DNA of 64,000 nucleotides from the NCBI GenBank assembly GCA_048940645.1, contig JBHLOI010000011.1, positions 18,204-82,203 of the forward strand, written 5' to 3'. Positions 10,094-20,270 of this stretch are shown here, one piece after another. This stretch comes from Promethearchaeota archaeon (GTDB taxonomy: Archaea > Asgardarchaeota > Lokiarchaeia > Sigyniarchaeales > SOKP01). How positions within the stretch are numbered: position 1 is the stretch's first letter; the number at the start of each line of letters is the position of its first letter. The position numbers and the translations under genes are program-made. Below the pieces are notes generated by a model. It was not told the origin of the DNA, ran no database searches, and saw nothing but the letters and a program-made list of their open reading frames with translations.

Positions 10094-11179
10094 TTGAAAA
10101 TTATGCAACTAGTAGAAGTTATAAGGGATATACAAACACGAATTCTAGAAAATCCAGATGAAATTATGAAATACATTCAAATTGGCATAAGTATCCCTAT
10201 ATTGCCAGAATTTTGGAAATATATGCGAAGTGATTTCGAAGAATACAATGCCAAATCGATCATTCTCGAAGAGGAAGTAGGTACAGAAACATTTGGAAAG
10301 ATGACCGATAAAGTAATTGGTCATACATTAGTCTATAATGACGGTGGGGATGTCTTATTTTTTGGATTTTTTAGGGTAATCGATCATGATCCGCGAAATA
10401 TCGAGGTTTTAGTAAATAGAATAATTGAGTATGCTCGTGAAAACGATTTCACTTCGATTCGAGGCCCCATTAATGTACCCACGGTCATTTTTGGATGGGG
10501 TTTTATGGTTGAAGGGAGTAGAAAAGATTTATTTATCGGCTCACCAGTAAATCCCCCAATTTATCAGAAAATGTTCATGGAAAAGGGGTTTACGATAAAA
10601 TTTCAAGAGGATAGATATTGGATGCCTGCTATGAAAATGGATCCATACCGTAATCCTGCTTTAAAAAAGAAAGGGGTAAATTTTGCAGAATATGAATTTT
10701 CCAATCCAGGGTTAGAAGGGATGATGCAAATCAAGGATGAGTATATCGAAATCCATGCAGACTATATGCCTCCTTCGGCAAAAATTACTCCCAAAGCATC
10801 AAAAAACTTTGATAATATTGTGGATTTCGTACATAGATATGGGACTAATTGGATGATGTGGATTGTGCGTCATAAAGCAACTGGGCAGCTTGCAGCCTGT
10901 GGTTACGTAATTCCAGATGTATTCCATAAAGACAGAAAAGGAGAACTTGACTCGATTAGCTTTCATGACTGGGTAGTCCATCCTAACCATCGTCGTAAAT
11001 ATCTCTCCATGCTAATGTACGGAGAAACTTCATTACGAGCAAAAGACCGAAAAACACCTCACTATATAAAACGGGGTTCATGGCCAGTGGGAGCTGACAA
11101 TATTGCCAATGCCAATGCTGCTAAAAAGATGGGCGGAAAAAAAGATAGAAGCCATGTAATATTACAATTGGAGTTATAA
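10094..11179 (+). CDS. GNAT-fold (YghO-like) N-acyltransferase
   Basis: FFGFF...RGPIN...GFMVEG...NPPIY...GF pattern; C-terminal VHPNHRRK and N..AN..AKKMGG acetyl-CoA-type motifs. Confidence 0.6.
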   Translation: MKIMQLVEVIRDIQTRILENPDEIMKYIQIGISIPILPEFWKYMRSDFEEYNAKSIILEEEVGTETFGKMTDKVIGHTLVYNDGGDVLFFGFFRVIDHDPRNIEVLVNRIIEYARENDFTSIRGPINVPTVIFGWGFMVEGSRKDLFIGSPVNPPIYQKMFMEKGFTIKFQEDRYWMPAMKMDPYRNPALKKKGVNFAEYEFSNPGLEGMMQIKDEYIEIHADYMPPSAKITPKASKNFDNIVDFVHRYGTNWMMWIVRHKATGQLAACGYVIPDVFHKDRKGELDSISFHDWVVHPNHRRKYLSMLMYGETSLRAKDRKTPHYIKRGSWPVGADNIANANAAKKMGGKKDRSHVILQLEL

Positions 11180-11227
11180 ATTAATTAGATTTTTTTTTAT
11201 TTTTATTTTATTTAAATTGTTATATAT

Positions 11228-11563
11228 TCATTCTTGATCAATTTTCTCTTTTAAACCATGATAAATAGTATTAATCCTTCCTCCTATTTGTTCTAAAAAT
11301 TCATTTCTTTCTTTTAGTTCTTTTAGCAACCTATCTGACGTTAAATTATGATGGGTATCATTTTCTAGCCTAACATACGAGGGGAAAAACTTTAATAGAT
11401 CCTCTTTCATTTTGATACGAGATTTTAGAATATATTCTCGAAGCTGCTTCTCGCTAATCTTTCCCGAAACTGCTTGATTAATAATGAGCTTTAATTTATA
11501 AAACTCCTCTTTTTTTAATAATACATCATCTAAAGCATCTTCTAATATGGTACTTATTTTCAT
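11228..11563 (-). CDS. Hypothetical protein, last gene of the 16836-11228 operon
   Basis: 111 aa ORF 7 nt downstream of the 1234 aa gene. Confidence 0.65.
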   Translation of the reverse strand: MKISTILEDALDDVLLKKEEFYKLKLIINQAVSGKISEKQLREYILKSRIKMKEDLLKFFPSYVRLENDTHHNLTSDRLLKELKERNEFLEQIGGRINTIYHGLKEKIDQE

Positions 11564-11570
11564 AGTATTA

Positions 11571-14500
11571 TCACCTATTTAAAAATTTTTTTAAGCTGAT
11601 ATACCAATCATACACCAAATTATACACTTCATTAGCTAAATGTTCCTGATTACCTGTTCTTAGCTCAATTTGCTCACACCTTTCGAATAAGCTTAATAAA
11701 TCATCAGCATAGAAAGGAAATCCTTGAATATCAGAAATTAGCTTGATAAACTCAACAACATTTTTTTTAGTAATTTCATTCTCAGGATGATAATAGTGAA
11801 GATAACACCTCTTAAAATAATCTGATAAAAACACTTTTAACATTTTAAGACTAGCAATAAATTGTTTATTTTCGATAAAATAGTTAATATTAAATAGATT
11901 TCGTAACATTTTTCCGTCAAAATTAAGCGTAAGTACGTTCTTAAGTCTTATTTGAGTTTCATGTGATAATTTAGGTGTTAAAAATCGGGGAACTCCAGAT
12001 GATTCCTTTTTAATTACATTAAATACAATATGACCCGGATTATTTGATTTCGCTTCATAATATTCCTGTATTGCTTTCTCATAAGCAGGACCAATAATTA
12101 GACAAGTCCTTGTAGATTGGCCACCTCCCGCAGCTCTGGGATGGTCTTCTACTAAATAATCATATCTTCGTAAAATTTCATAAATAGTATCTCGGATTAT
12201 CATAATTTGTTTTTTATTTTGAGAATAATTTTGAGAAATTTTGGGATGTAAATATTCCAAGAGCAATTTCTTTATTTTTTTTTCGTACAAGCCAGCAACA
12301 TTTTGTACAGCTTTTATTTGTTTAAAAAATCTAATTAATTCATTTCGATATTCGATGTATTCCCCTAAATCTCGTTCAAGCTTAGTTTTTTGAGCCAAGC
12401 TTAAAATCTTTTTTTCACTAAATTTCAAATCATAACCTAGGGTATCCATATGATCTACAATTTTATTATATTCCAATGGTTTCGCATTATTCACATCATC
12501 AATCAGGAGTATTACTGGAAATGACTGTTCCACGTCCGAACGTTTCATAAGTATTTGATTATGCTTTAAGTTTCGTAAGAAATGGATTTGATAATTCTCA
12601 TTCCTTGTGGAACTATAATATCCCGTCCCATGTAACTCATTTAAGTTTAACAGATTTGATAATGTGGCAATATCGCGTGAATCTGTGGTCCGAAAGGTCA
12701 CTAAATTGCTCAAAAATTTATATATATTAGGATGTAAATAGCGAATCTCATTTGCAGAGCAAATAATACCAAAGTTCTTTTCTTTTAAGGGATCAAAAAA
12801 CTTATCTATTAAACCATAATTTGCCACTTTATCTAAGTAGGCATTCTCAAAAACGATATCAACATGAGGGAGAAAAATAAATTTAGAGAAATATCGGGGT
12901 GAATTCTCACAGTAGCGGATTAATTTTGAAAGGACCAAAAACATAAGGTAACAGAGCGTTTTATAATCCTTTGAAATAGAAATATCTACAATAACCGTAT
13001 GATGAGTAGTGATGAATTCATGTACTTTCACTATATTCTCATCTGTAGTATGCAAAAACGTTAAATCTTCTTGAGAAATATCACTTAGAGTAGAGAGCAA
13101 TCCCTCAACAGTTGCATTTTTCTCATATTCTGGTTTGTGCTGAAGATCAATCTTTGCCAAATTTAAGTTTCCCCCATATTGACGAATACTATTTTTAAAG
13201 CTGTGCATAAAACGCTCATCTTTTCTAAAACTCATCGCATATGCCTCAAACATATACTCTAAATACTTGATATTATCATTTTCATAGGGAATTTCAGAAT
13301 CAAACGGATCTAGCGTAAAAGCCTTTCCTAATTTAAAATATAAGATATTCTGTTGAAACTTTGTATTTTCAAAGTAAGTTAGCAATCTTGACCATCTCCC
13401 GGTAAAATCAAAAATAAGGCAGGGGATTTCCTTTTTAATAAGTTCAGCAGCCATTTTCATATTAAGTAGTTCTCTATTAAAGTTTGTACCATTTGTAATC
13501 AATAAAGAATGAAGTTGTTCAAACAAAAATCCTGCTGGAACCTCTTCTCTCAATGTTTCTGTGTTTAAAGCGCGTCCAATTTCAATAAAATTGTCTAAAT
13601 GTAAGGGAGTATTAAACTCAGTTGCAATCTGGACATCTATTCCTTTCTTTAGTTCATTTGGGATGGTAATAATGCTTATAAGTGCAGTTCCTTGATACAC
13701 CACATGCCACAGGTGGGAGCCATTAGAATAAATATTATTGTTTTTTACCAGCTCGCATTGGAAACCAGATTCTAATAATTGTTTTTGAAGTTTGATCAAT
13801 TGAAATCTTTTAAAATTAGTTCGGAAGGTTTCCAGGAGTACAGTTCCCGCTTTATATAGCTGTTTATTAATGATGGATATAGATTTCGTGGAAACATGTT
13901 GGGTAGGTACACGAAATGAAGTTGAAAGTGAAAAAATTGATTCCCAAATACCACCACGTCTATCTAACCAATTATATCTATCCTCATCATTAAGTAACCG
14001 TCTTACGATGAAATTCCTTACTTTTTCACGAGTCTCCTTCGCATATTTCTTATCCACCTCAGCAAATGAAAGTGGACGGGAAATTGCTGTATAGGTAAAA
14101 GGTAGTTGATATCGGTTTACTCCTGAGAAAAATTTACTGAATGAACCAAATGGAGGCTTTAAAACCTTATTTACGGTGTACATTTTTATTCCGATTAATT
14201 CTTTGTTATCCATATGGGCAAAGAGAATATCAGGGATACGATTGGATAGAAAAAATCTTACATTTTGAAAGGGATCCACAACACTAATCTCTTGATAGTT
14301 AAAAAATTTTAAAGAGAATAGTTGAAAAAAGATGTTTTTCCACCAAATAATCAAGAGCACGGGGATGAAAATTATATTAAACATTATAATAAAAAGCATG
14401 GGAAAAGAAAGAAGTACGAAGTATGTATTGAAGATTACTAATAGTAGTGAGCTGAATATTGTTCTGAGTAGTGTAATTCTTTTACTAAAAGTGTTTAGAG

Positions 14501-15275
14501 TAGTTTTTTCAATAGAAACATCATTAAAGTCTTCTTGAAAAAGAGAAGATCTGATCGCGCCAATTATAGCATTACTTTTAAGAGATGTGACATGAAAATG
14601 ATGGTAATCGGAAGCAAATAAAGATTTAAGTTTTGCTCCGTAATGAAATAATTTTTCATTTAGTTGTCCAATTTTACGGGAATTTAGCGTCCCTTGTGTA
14701 GAGCTAAATACAACGATATAGATATAGGTCTTGAATGCTCCAGATCTTTTTTTGGTATGTACTACTTGATAGGTGAAGGGGACATACTCATTAATATCTG
14801 AAAATGCTTTTAAGAAATGCATTAGAGAGGGATGTACATTTTCAGCCATCACCCTAATAGAAAAGATTTTCATTCCAACTGTAAGAAGATCTTTATAATT
14901 TGTATAATACAATGTGCTTTGATCTTCCTTTATCTGCCAAAAAATGATATCCTTAAATGGATGGAACGTGGATTTCCCTCTCCATATAAAAAATGCTTCA
15001 TAAAAAACTAAGGAAAACCCTAACTCCAAGATAATTGTTAGACCTATTGTTAAATATAGGTTATTGCTCAAAAAATATGTCCCTATCATGAATAAAAAGC
15101 CAAAAATTAAGAGAAATATAGTCTTGCTTAAGGAATACTTTATGGAGATATCTCTCCGAGAAGGTTGTTTTTCCCAGATATATTGATATTGGAGTGATGA
15201 TTGAGAAGAATTCTTTTCTTTTTTCTTAGCAACTAATTTCTTTTCATGCAAATATTTTGTATAAAATTGGACCAT
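11571..15275 (-). CDS. Membrane-anchored VirB4/HerA(CedB)-like P-loop protein with degenerate Walker motifs
   Basis: Two TM-pair+domain repeats, then HSLLITNGTNFNRE (Walker A position), CLIFDFTGRW, FIFLPHVD (Walker B position), GIICSANEIRYLHPNI..LSNLVTFR, in HerA/VirB4 motif order. Confidence 0.65.
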   Translation of the reverse strand: MVQFYTKYLHEKKLVAKKKEKNSSQSSLQYQYIWEKQPSRRDISIKYSLSKTIFLLIFGFLFMIGTYFLSNNLYLTIGLTIILELGFSLVFYEAFFIWRGKSTFHPFKDIIFWQIKEDQSTLYYTNYKDLLTVGMKIFSIRVMAENVHPSLMHFLKAFSDINEYVPFTYQVVHTKKRSGAFKTYIYIVVFSSTQGTLNSRKIGQLNEKLFHYGAKLKSLFASDYHHFHVTSLKSNAIIGAIRSSLFQEDFNDVSIEKTTLNTFSKRITLLRTIFSSLLLVIFNTYFVLLSFPMLFIIMFNIIFIPVLLIIWWKNIFFQLFSLKFFNYQEISVVDPFQNVRFFLSNRIPDILFAHMDNKELIGIKMYTVNKVLKPPFGSFSKFFSGVNRYQLPFTYTAISRPLSFAEVDKKYAKETREKVRNFIVRRLLNDEDRYNWLDRRGGIWESIFSLSTSFRVPTQHVSTKSISIINKQLYKAGTVLLETFRTNFKRFQLIKLQKQLLESGFQCELVKNNNIYSNGSHLWHVVYQGTALISIITIPNELKKGIDVQIATEFNTPLHLDNFIEIGRALNTETLREEVPAGFLFEQLHSLLITNGTNFNRELLNMKMAAELIKKEIPCLIFDFTGRWSRLLTYFENTKFQQNILYFKLGKAFTLDPFDSEIPYENDNIKYLEYMFEAYAMSFRKDERFMHSFKNSIRQYGGNLNLAKIDLQHKPEYEKNATVEGLLSTLSDISQEDLTFLHTTDENIVKVHEFITTHHTVIVDISISKDYKTLCYLMFLVLSKLIRYCENSPRYFSKFIFLPHVDIVFENAYLDKVANYGLIDKFFDPLKEKNFGIICSANEIRYLHPNIYKFLSNLVTFRTTDSRDIATLSNLLNLNELHGTGYYSSTRNENYQIHFLRNLKHNQILMKRSDVEQSFPVILLIDDVNNAKPLEYNKIVDHMDTLGYDLKFSEKKILSLAQKTKLERDLGEYIEYRNELIRFFKQIKAVQNVAGLYEKKIKKLLLEYLHPKISQNYSQNKKQIMIIRDTIYEILRRYDYLVEDHPRAAGGGQSTRTCLIIGPAYEKAIQEYYEAKSNNPGHIVFNVIKKESSGVPRFLTPKLSHETQIRLKNVLTLNFDGKMLRNLFNINYFIENKQFIASLKMLKVFLSDYFKRCYLHYYHPENEITKKNVVEFIKLISDIQGFPFYADDLLSLFERCEQIELRTGNQEHLANEVYNLVYDWYISLKKFLNR

Positions 15276-15281
15276 AACTTA

Positions 15282-16148
15282 CTATTCCCCTCGCTTAAAT
15301 AATTTGCGATAGATAATAAAGAGAAGTAATGCTACCCCCAGAAAGGTAATTAGATACATGCTTAATACAGATACTAAATGCTGAAAGACTAACGACTCAT
15401 ATATGATAACAGCGTCTAAGAGAATGAAGACTATCACCCCCCCTAGAAGTAAATATTTAAGGCTTACCTGCTGAGAGATTTGATAATAGATATTATAAGT
15501 CAATTTTCCCGTAGCAGAAATACGTCCTTTAGATTTGTTTTTTAGAGAAGATTTTAATCTATTTAACTGTAAAGTTTGTTCAAAAGAATCTTTATTAAAG
15601 GAATCCTCCATTGACTTTCGTAATACTTTTTGTTTTTGTGCGATTTGTTGAAAAAGAAGAGATTTAACACGATCCCGATGATTAATTTTTTTCTTTCCTT
15701 TATTTGTTAAATATGAAAAGAGGTTTAAATCTGAATACTCATGCATATCTTTTGCTTCAAATGATTTGTATACGTTTGGAACATCAATCTTTCGTATTTC
15801 ATAATAAATTTCATAAAGTTCTTTGATATGATTATAGGGTAGGTCCCCTCTGAGCTTCATAAATAAAAGTTCTATGGTTTTTAGTGATTCGACAATTTCT
15901 TCAGGAACAATAATAACTTGTACAGATTTATAAAAAATTTGATTGATAAACTCGATATATTCAAATAAATGTTCATATTCAGTTTTTTTTCGGGCACGTA
16001 TTCCTAACTTAGCACTTATTTCATCTACTTTATTACTAATTAAGATTAGGCCTACTACTGCCAATTTTTTATAATTACCGGTAGCTTTGCATAACCGTAT
16101 TAAATTTTTTAGTTTTGAATCAGATAATTGAATATTCATTTTTATCAT
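15282..16148 (-). CDS. Hypothetical protein with two C-terminal TM helices
   Basis: 288 aa, tightly coupled in the operon; hydrophobic hairpin at C-terminus. Confidence 0.7.
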   Translation of the reverse strand: MIKMNIQLSDSKLKNLIRLCKATGNYKKLAVVGLILISNKVDEISAKLGIRARKKTEYEHLFEYIEFINQIFYKSVQVIIVPEEIVESLKTIELLFMKLRGDLPYNHIKELYEIYYEIRKIDVPNVYKSFEAKDMHEYSDLNLFSYLTNKGKKKINHRDRVKSLLFQQIAQKQKVLRKSMEDSFNKDSFEQTLQLNRLKSSLKNKSKGRISATGKLTYNIYYQISQQVSLKYLLLGGVIVFILLDAVIIYESLVFQHLVSVLSMYLITFLGVALLLFIIYRKLFKRGE

Positions 16149-16149
16149 T

Positions 16150-16836
16150 TCACCTTTTATAATCCTTTTTATGTTTATCTAGCTTTAGCTCCTCTTCTCT
16201 GATATATTTATCAAAATCCAGAGGTTCTTGAATTTTTTCAAGATAACGGTTAATTAAGTTTTCAGGAGAGTATGATTCCTTCTCGAATGAGTTTAACGTA
16301 TGGTAATAAAATATGGTATAAGGAAATAAAAGAATAAATCCAATTATTTGTATTAAATACCCAATATGAATTGTGTATAGAAATTGCACTTCTAGATTAG
16401 GATCATTCTGTTCTATAAATGGGAAATACAAATTATTTGGAAATAAATACCAAATAGGGTATATAAAGATATAGAAAGCGGTAAATAACACAGTGAAAAT
16501 GTGAATATATGCATAAAACCGTAATTTTTGAAATGGATGATCCTTCTCAATATCTTTAAATAAAACGCCAAATATAGAGAGGATTACCGATATAATAAAC
16601 AAAATTGTCATTGCAAGAGGTATAGAACTATTTTTTGGTTTATACAGTTCATTAAATATTGAACCAGAGGCAAATACAGGACTGTACCAATCAAAAAGTG
16701 GAGTATAACTCCAATAAATAACTTGTTCTCCTTCTATATTAAACCCTTGGAGAACATACCAATCTAAAAACAATGAAATTACAGCTAACACTAACCCAAT
16801 TACAAATAATTTCCTAAATATACTTTTTATTTCCAT
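16150..16836 (-). CDS. Membrane protein (about 4 TM), first gene of operon
   Basis: Hydrophobic helices; T6C-TATA element upstream. Confidence 0.7.
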   Translation of the reverse strand: MEIKSIFRKLFVIGLVLAVISLFLDWYVLQGFNIEGEQVIYWSYTPLFDWYSPVFASGSIFNELYKPKNSSIPLAMTILFIISVILSIFGVLFKDIEKDHPFQKLRFYAYIHIFTVLFTAFYIFIYPIWYLFPNNLYFPFIEQNDPNLEVQFLYTIHIGYLIQIIGFILLFPYTIFYYHTLNSFEKESYSPENLINRYLEKIQEPLDFDKYIREEELKLDKHKKDYKR

Positions 16837-16869
16837 ATTGATTATCCCTTAGTAAGGCTAGGTTGTAAG

Positions 16870-16884
16870 TATATAAAGAAAAAA
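16870..16884 (-). promoter_or_regulatory. T6C-TATA element
   Basis: Minus strand TTTTTTCTTTATATA, 41 nt before ATG 16836. Confidence 0.7.
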
Positions 16885-16891
16885 TCACTAC

Positions 16892-18598
16892 TTAATCATC
16901 TAAAAAATCCCCAAATCGAGCTATATATTCTGATTCTATTTCAGATTTTCCTTCTTTCTCATGTTCAAATAGCTCATTGTAATCATGTTCCGTTTTTTCA
17001 ACCAAATAATTCTCTGCCTGTTTTTGTTCAATCTTGGTCAATACCTTGTGAGTAGTTATTTTACCAAAGCATTCATACCCAAATTGCAGCATGAGTTCAT
17101 CGGTAAGCTCCTGGGAAATAATCTCTAAACTGGTATCATCCAAGGATAATGCCCTCTGATGATGTGGTACCAAGAAACCATTTTTAATTTCGCGCTGTTT
17201 CACCCTAAAAGTATAATAGAGATATCCAATCATTCCTGCATAGACTCCCAATATTCCATAACTTAAACCAATAAATGTCTGTAATAAAAATCCTAACTGT
17301 GATAATGCAAGAGTTATCATTAATGCCCCAAATCCCACAAAGGGTATCGAATATTGGCGTATCTTTTTTTGAAAGCTTTCTTCAACCTTGTATAATCTCT
17401 TTTCAGGGGGTTCCTCATGGTTATATTCTTCAATATTATAATATTTCTTTTCTAGAAAGCGTATTAATCTAGTCAATTGGTTAGTCTCTATGAAATGAAT
17501 ATTTGAGACCCTCTGAAAGGCAAAAGGAAGAGATTTTTCGATAAACTGTATAGCAGAATTGGAGATAAGGATTGGATCAATATATGGTTTAAATTGAGTT
17601 TGTCTAGAATATAGTGAGACGTCTATTGAGGTACTTTCACTTATGTCCATTTCTACCATGAGATACTTTTGAAGATAATGGAATATCTGTTTACGCTGAG
17701 TTATATTTTCTATTAAAACTTGCTGAATTTGTCTTAATTCCTCGATCCAAGTATCTAATTGCATATTTTTCTCCGATAATGAGTGAAATTTTACCTTTTG
17801 TTCTGAGACAATCAAATTATCCTCTATTAAATTAACTATTATAGGGCAAATTAATAAAATGTTCTTAGAGTTTTGCGTTTCAATAGTTTTGATAATAGTG
17901 AGATCAATATTAGAAAAGATATTTTCTAACTCCTTGCCAATTTGAGGGAAGATGTGAAACCCTTCACCTATTACTTTTTTACTGATTTTTTGGATGAGAA
18001 TATCTTCTTCTTTCAACTCACCCTCAATGGAAATCTTACTAAAAATATTCTCTTTTTCTATATCAATTTTGGCTGCTAGTATTTCTTCCTTCCTTTCCAA
18101 TCCCATTTCTGTTTTTGTATATTTTGAAAGTAAACTTTGATGTGGGTAAAAATATTCATTAACATCCAAATCAGTTTCATGAACATATCCCAAATACTCT
18201 TTAGCTGCTTTAACAAATTTTTTAGCAGTTGCTAGGCCAATCCCTTCTACGGTTGCCAATATTTTAGGAGAAGCTTTGGCAAGTTGGTCGATAGAATTAT
18301 ACCCAGCTTCCTTTAAGTTTATGGCATGGATAGAGTCAATGCCATTTACTTCTGTCAAATCATTTTTATCTTCTTTGATAACTGCTATTTTAGGTTTACG
18401 AGAAGTTAGGTTTGCCTTTATATGATTTGTAAATATTTCGAATTTAGGCTTCCATTCAGCATCAAGTTGCAATTCTGCTTCCTTTAATCCTCTTTCGGAA
18501 AACTTTATAGCTTGTTCTATATCTCCAGCTTCCATAGCTTGCTGTGCCATATTATAGATATATTTTAAATCCCATTTTTCATCAATCATATTTTGCAT
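16892..18598 (-). CDS. HhH DNA-binding domain protein with C-terminal TM hairpin
   Basis: DLTEVNGID...LKEAGYNSIDQLA...VEGIGLATAKKFV (RadA N-domain-like double HhH); two TM helices around aa 418-463. Confidence 0.7.
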   Translation of the reverse strand: MQNMIDEKWDLKYIYNMAQQAMEAGDIEQAIKFSERGLKEAELQLDAEWKPKFEIFTNHIKANLTSRKPKIAVIKEDKNDLTEVNGIDSIHAINLKEAGYNSIDQLAKASPKILATVEGIGLATAKKFVKAAKEYLGYVHETDLDVNEYFYPHQSLLSKYTKTEMGLERKEEILAAKIDIEKENIFSKISIEGELKEEDILIQKISKKVIGEGFHIFPQIGKELENIFSNIDLTIIKTIETQNSKNILLICPIIVNLIEDNLIVSEQKVKFHSLSEKNMQLDTWIEELRQIQQVLIENITQRKQIFHYLQKYLMVEMDISESTSIDVSLYSRQTQFKPYIDPILISNSAIQFIEKSLPFAFQRVSNIHFIETNQLTRLIRFLEKKYYNIEEYNHEEPPEKRLYKVEESFQKKIRQYSIPFVGFGALMITLALSQLGFLLQTFIGLSYGILGVYAGMIGYLYYTFRVKQREIKNGFLVPHHQRALSLDDTSLEIISQELTDELMLQFGYECFGKITTHKVLTKIEQKQAENYLVEKTEHDYNELFEHEKEGKSEIESEYIARFGDFLDD

Positions 18599-18621
18599 AC
18601 ATAGAATAAGTTTTATGTTTA

Positions 18622-18636
18622 TATTTAAAGAAAAAA
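18622..18636 (-). promoter_or_regulatory. T6C-TATA element (leaderless spacing)
   Basis: Minus strand TTTTTTCTTTAAATA, 31 nt before ATG 18598. Confidence 0.75.
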
Positions 18637-18649
18637 TTTTTTCTATTTC

Positions 18650-20131
18650 CTAAGAGACTATCTTAATTTTCTTTTTTCCTTGTATAGTTTTAGTTTTTGT
18701 CAGATAGTGGTTGATCAATTCATTCTTTAACTTTTCTGCTGCTTTTTCAATTTCACTTGCTGTCATTTCTTCAGTCTCATGTCCTGCATACTTATCCCAA
18801 GGAGAATCTGTCATAGAAATTTCTTCTTTTTGAAAAATTTTAAGCCCCCAACGGTTAGGATTTTTCCAATAGGGAGTTCCTGGAAATATTTGCAAGATTC
18901 GAATATCAGCAATATCCATCCCTGCACCATCTAATTCGAAAATTAAATCTTTTGTTTCTTGTACTGACTGCCAATTTTCTCCTGGTAATCCTATAACCCA
19001 CGAGCTACCACATAATAAGTCATACTTTTTTGCTGTCCCCACAGCATTGAATAAGTTTTTCACATGTTGATAACCATTACCATGATCCTTACCATTAAGT
19101 TTTTTCAAGACTTGAGGAGAACCAGATTCAGCCCCAAACCAAACAAAAAACGGATCAATTTGCTTTGTAAGTTTGGCAATATTATCAGTAAATAAGTCAG
19201 CTCGCGTTTCAAACATCAGTTTTATGTCTATTTCTGCGTTTTTATACATTTCTACAAACTTACTTAATCTTTGCTTGTTAAGAGTAAACGTTGAGTCTAC
19301 TAGGTATCCCCCTTTACATCCATATTCATCTAATATTTTAAGTTCTTGTCTTAAATTGCTTAGCGGTCTAAATTTTGCTTCTAATCCCCAAAAGTTTGCA
19401 TGTGCACAGAATGGACAATTAAAGGGACACCCTCTTGATGCTTGGATGTTGCAAAAGTGATTATCTTTCATGTAATCTGTAATACATAATCCCTCAAAAT
19501 CATAGGGCGGTATTTTGCTTAAGTCTGGTTCTACAGCATAATAAGGAGAAACATTTATCTTTCCTTTGCGAGTTCTAAAGCAAAAACCTTGGATATTTTT
19601 TCTTTCATTTAACAAAGGATGTTGGATGTATTGCTGAATAGCGACTTCTGCTGGACCTCGTATTAATTGATCAATTGATGAGTGTTTTAAGAAAAAGTCA
19701 GGATACATCGATGGTAATATTCCACCAATCATCACTGTTGTAGCCTGATTTACTTTTTTAACAATATTAGCATACCTAAAAGATTCATGAGCAGCTTCAG
19801 GGGAACCAATCGTCATCCATACTTCATTATAATCAATAGCTCTAATTTTTTGTTCAATTTCATCATCATTAACATATCGTTTTGTTGCATCCAAAATGAA
19901 AGGAATATGATGAGTTTCGACATTACTTTGCTTAGCGATTGAAGATAGCTGAGCTAAACCTAACGGTATTGAATGCAAGCTAGTAAGACGTAATCGATAT
20001 TTCCGATAGATTAAACCTATAGCGTAAATCAATAAATTATTTTTGCTTTTATTTTTTATATTTTGATCTTTGGTTAAAATTTCAAGTGGAGTATTGATAG
20101 GTTCTAAAAGTAACACATTCTTAAGTTTCAT
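18650..20131 (-). CDS. B12-binding radical SAM protein
   Basis: PLGLAQL and GG...S N-terminal cobalamin-binding domain; SRGCPFNCPFC; GAESGS; IGLPGE; FPGTP. Confidence 0.9.
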   Translation of the reverse strand: MKLKNVLLLEPINTPLEILTKDQNIKNKSKNNLLIYAIGLIYRKYRLRLTSLHSIPLGLAQLSSIAKQSNVETHHIPFILDATKRYVNDDEIEQKIRAIDYNEVWMTIGSPEAAHESFRYANIVKKVNQATTVMIGGILPSMYPDFFLKHSSIDQLIRGPAEVAIQQYIQHPLLNERKNIQGFCFRTRKGKINVSPYYAVEPDLSKIPPYDFEGLCITDYMKDNHFCNIQASRGCPFNCPFCAHANFWGLEAKFRPLSNLRQELKILDEYGCKGGYLVDSTFTLNKQRLSKFVEMYKNAEIDIKLMFETRADLFTDNIAKLTKQIDPFFVWFGAESGSPQVLKKLNGKDHGNGYQHVKNLFNAVGTAKKYDLLCGSSWVIGLPGENWQSVQETKDLIFELDGAGMDIADIRILQIFPGTPYWKNPNRWGLKIFQKEEISMTDSPWDKYAGHETEEMTASEIEKAAEKLKNELINHYLTKTKTIQGKKKIKIVS

Positions 20132-20164
20132 TTTGATACTTCTCAGAAAGTTATAGTAATAGAT

Positions 20165-20190
20165 TTTTTTCTTTATATTTAAAAGAAAAA
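20165..20190. promoter_or_regulatory. Back-to-back overlapping T5-6C-TATA elements (imperfect palindrome)
   Basis: TTTTTTCTTTATATTTAAAAGAAAAA between divergent genes 20131(-) and 20271(+). Confidence 0.6.
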
Positions 20191-20220
20191 TTAAGTTCTC
20201 TCTTCTTTTTCATTAAGATG

Positions 20221-20235
20221 TTTTTTCTTTATATA
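20221..20235 (+). promoter_or_regulatory. T6C-TATA element
   Basis: TTTTTTCTTTATATA, 43 nt before ATG 20271. Confidence 0.7.
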
Positions 20236-20270
20236 TCTTAAATCTAGTAAATTTACTGAGGTTTGTATAA

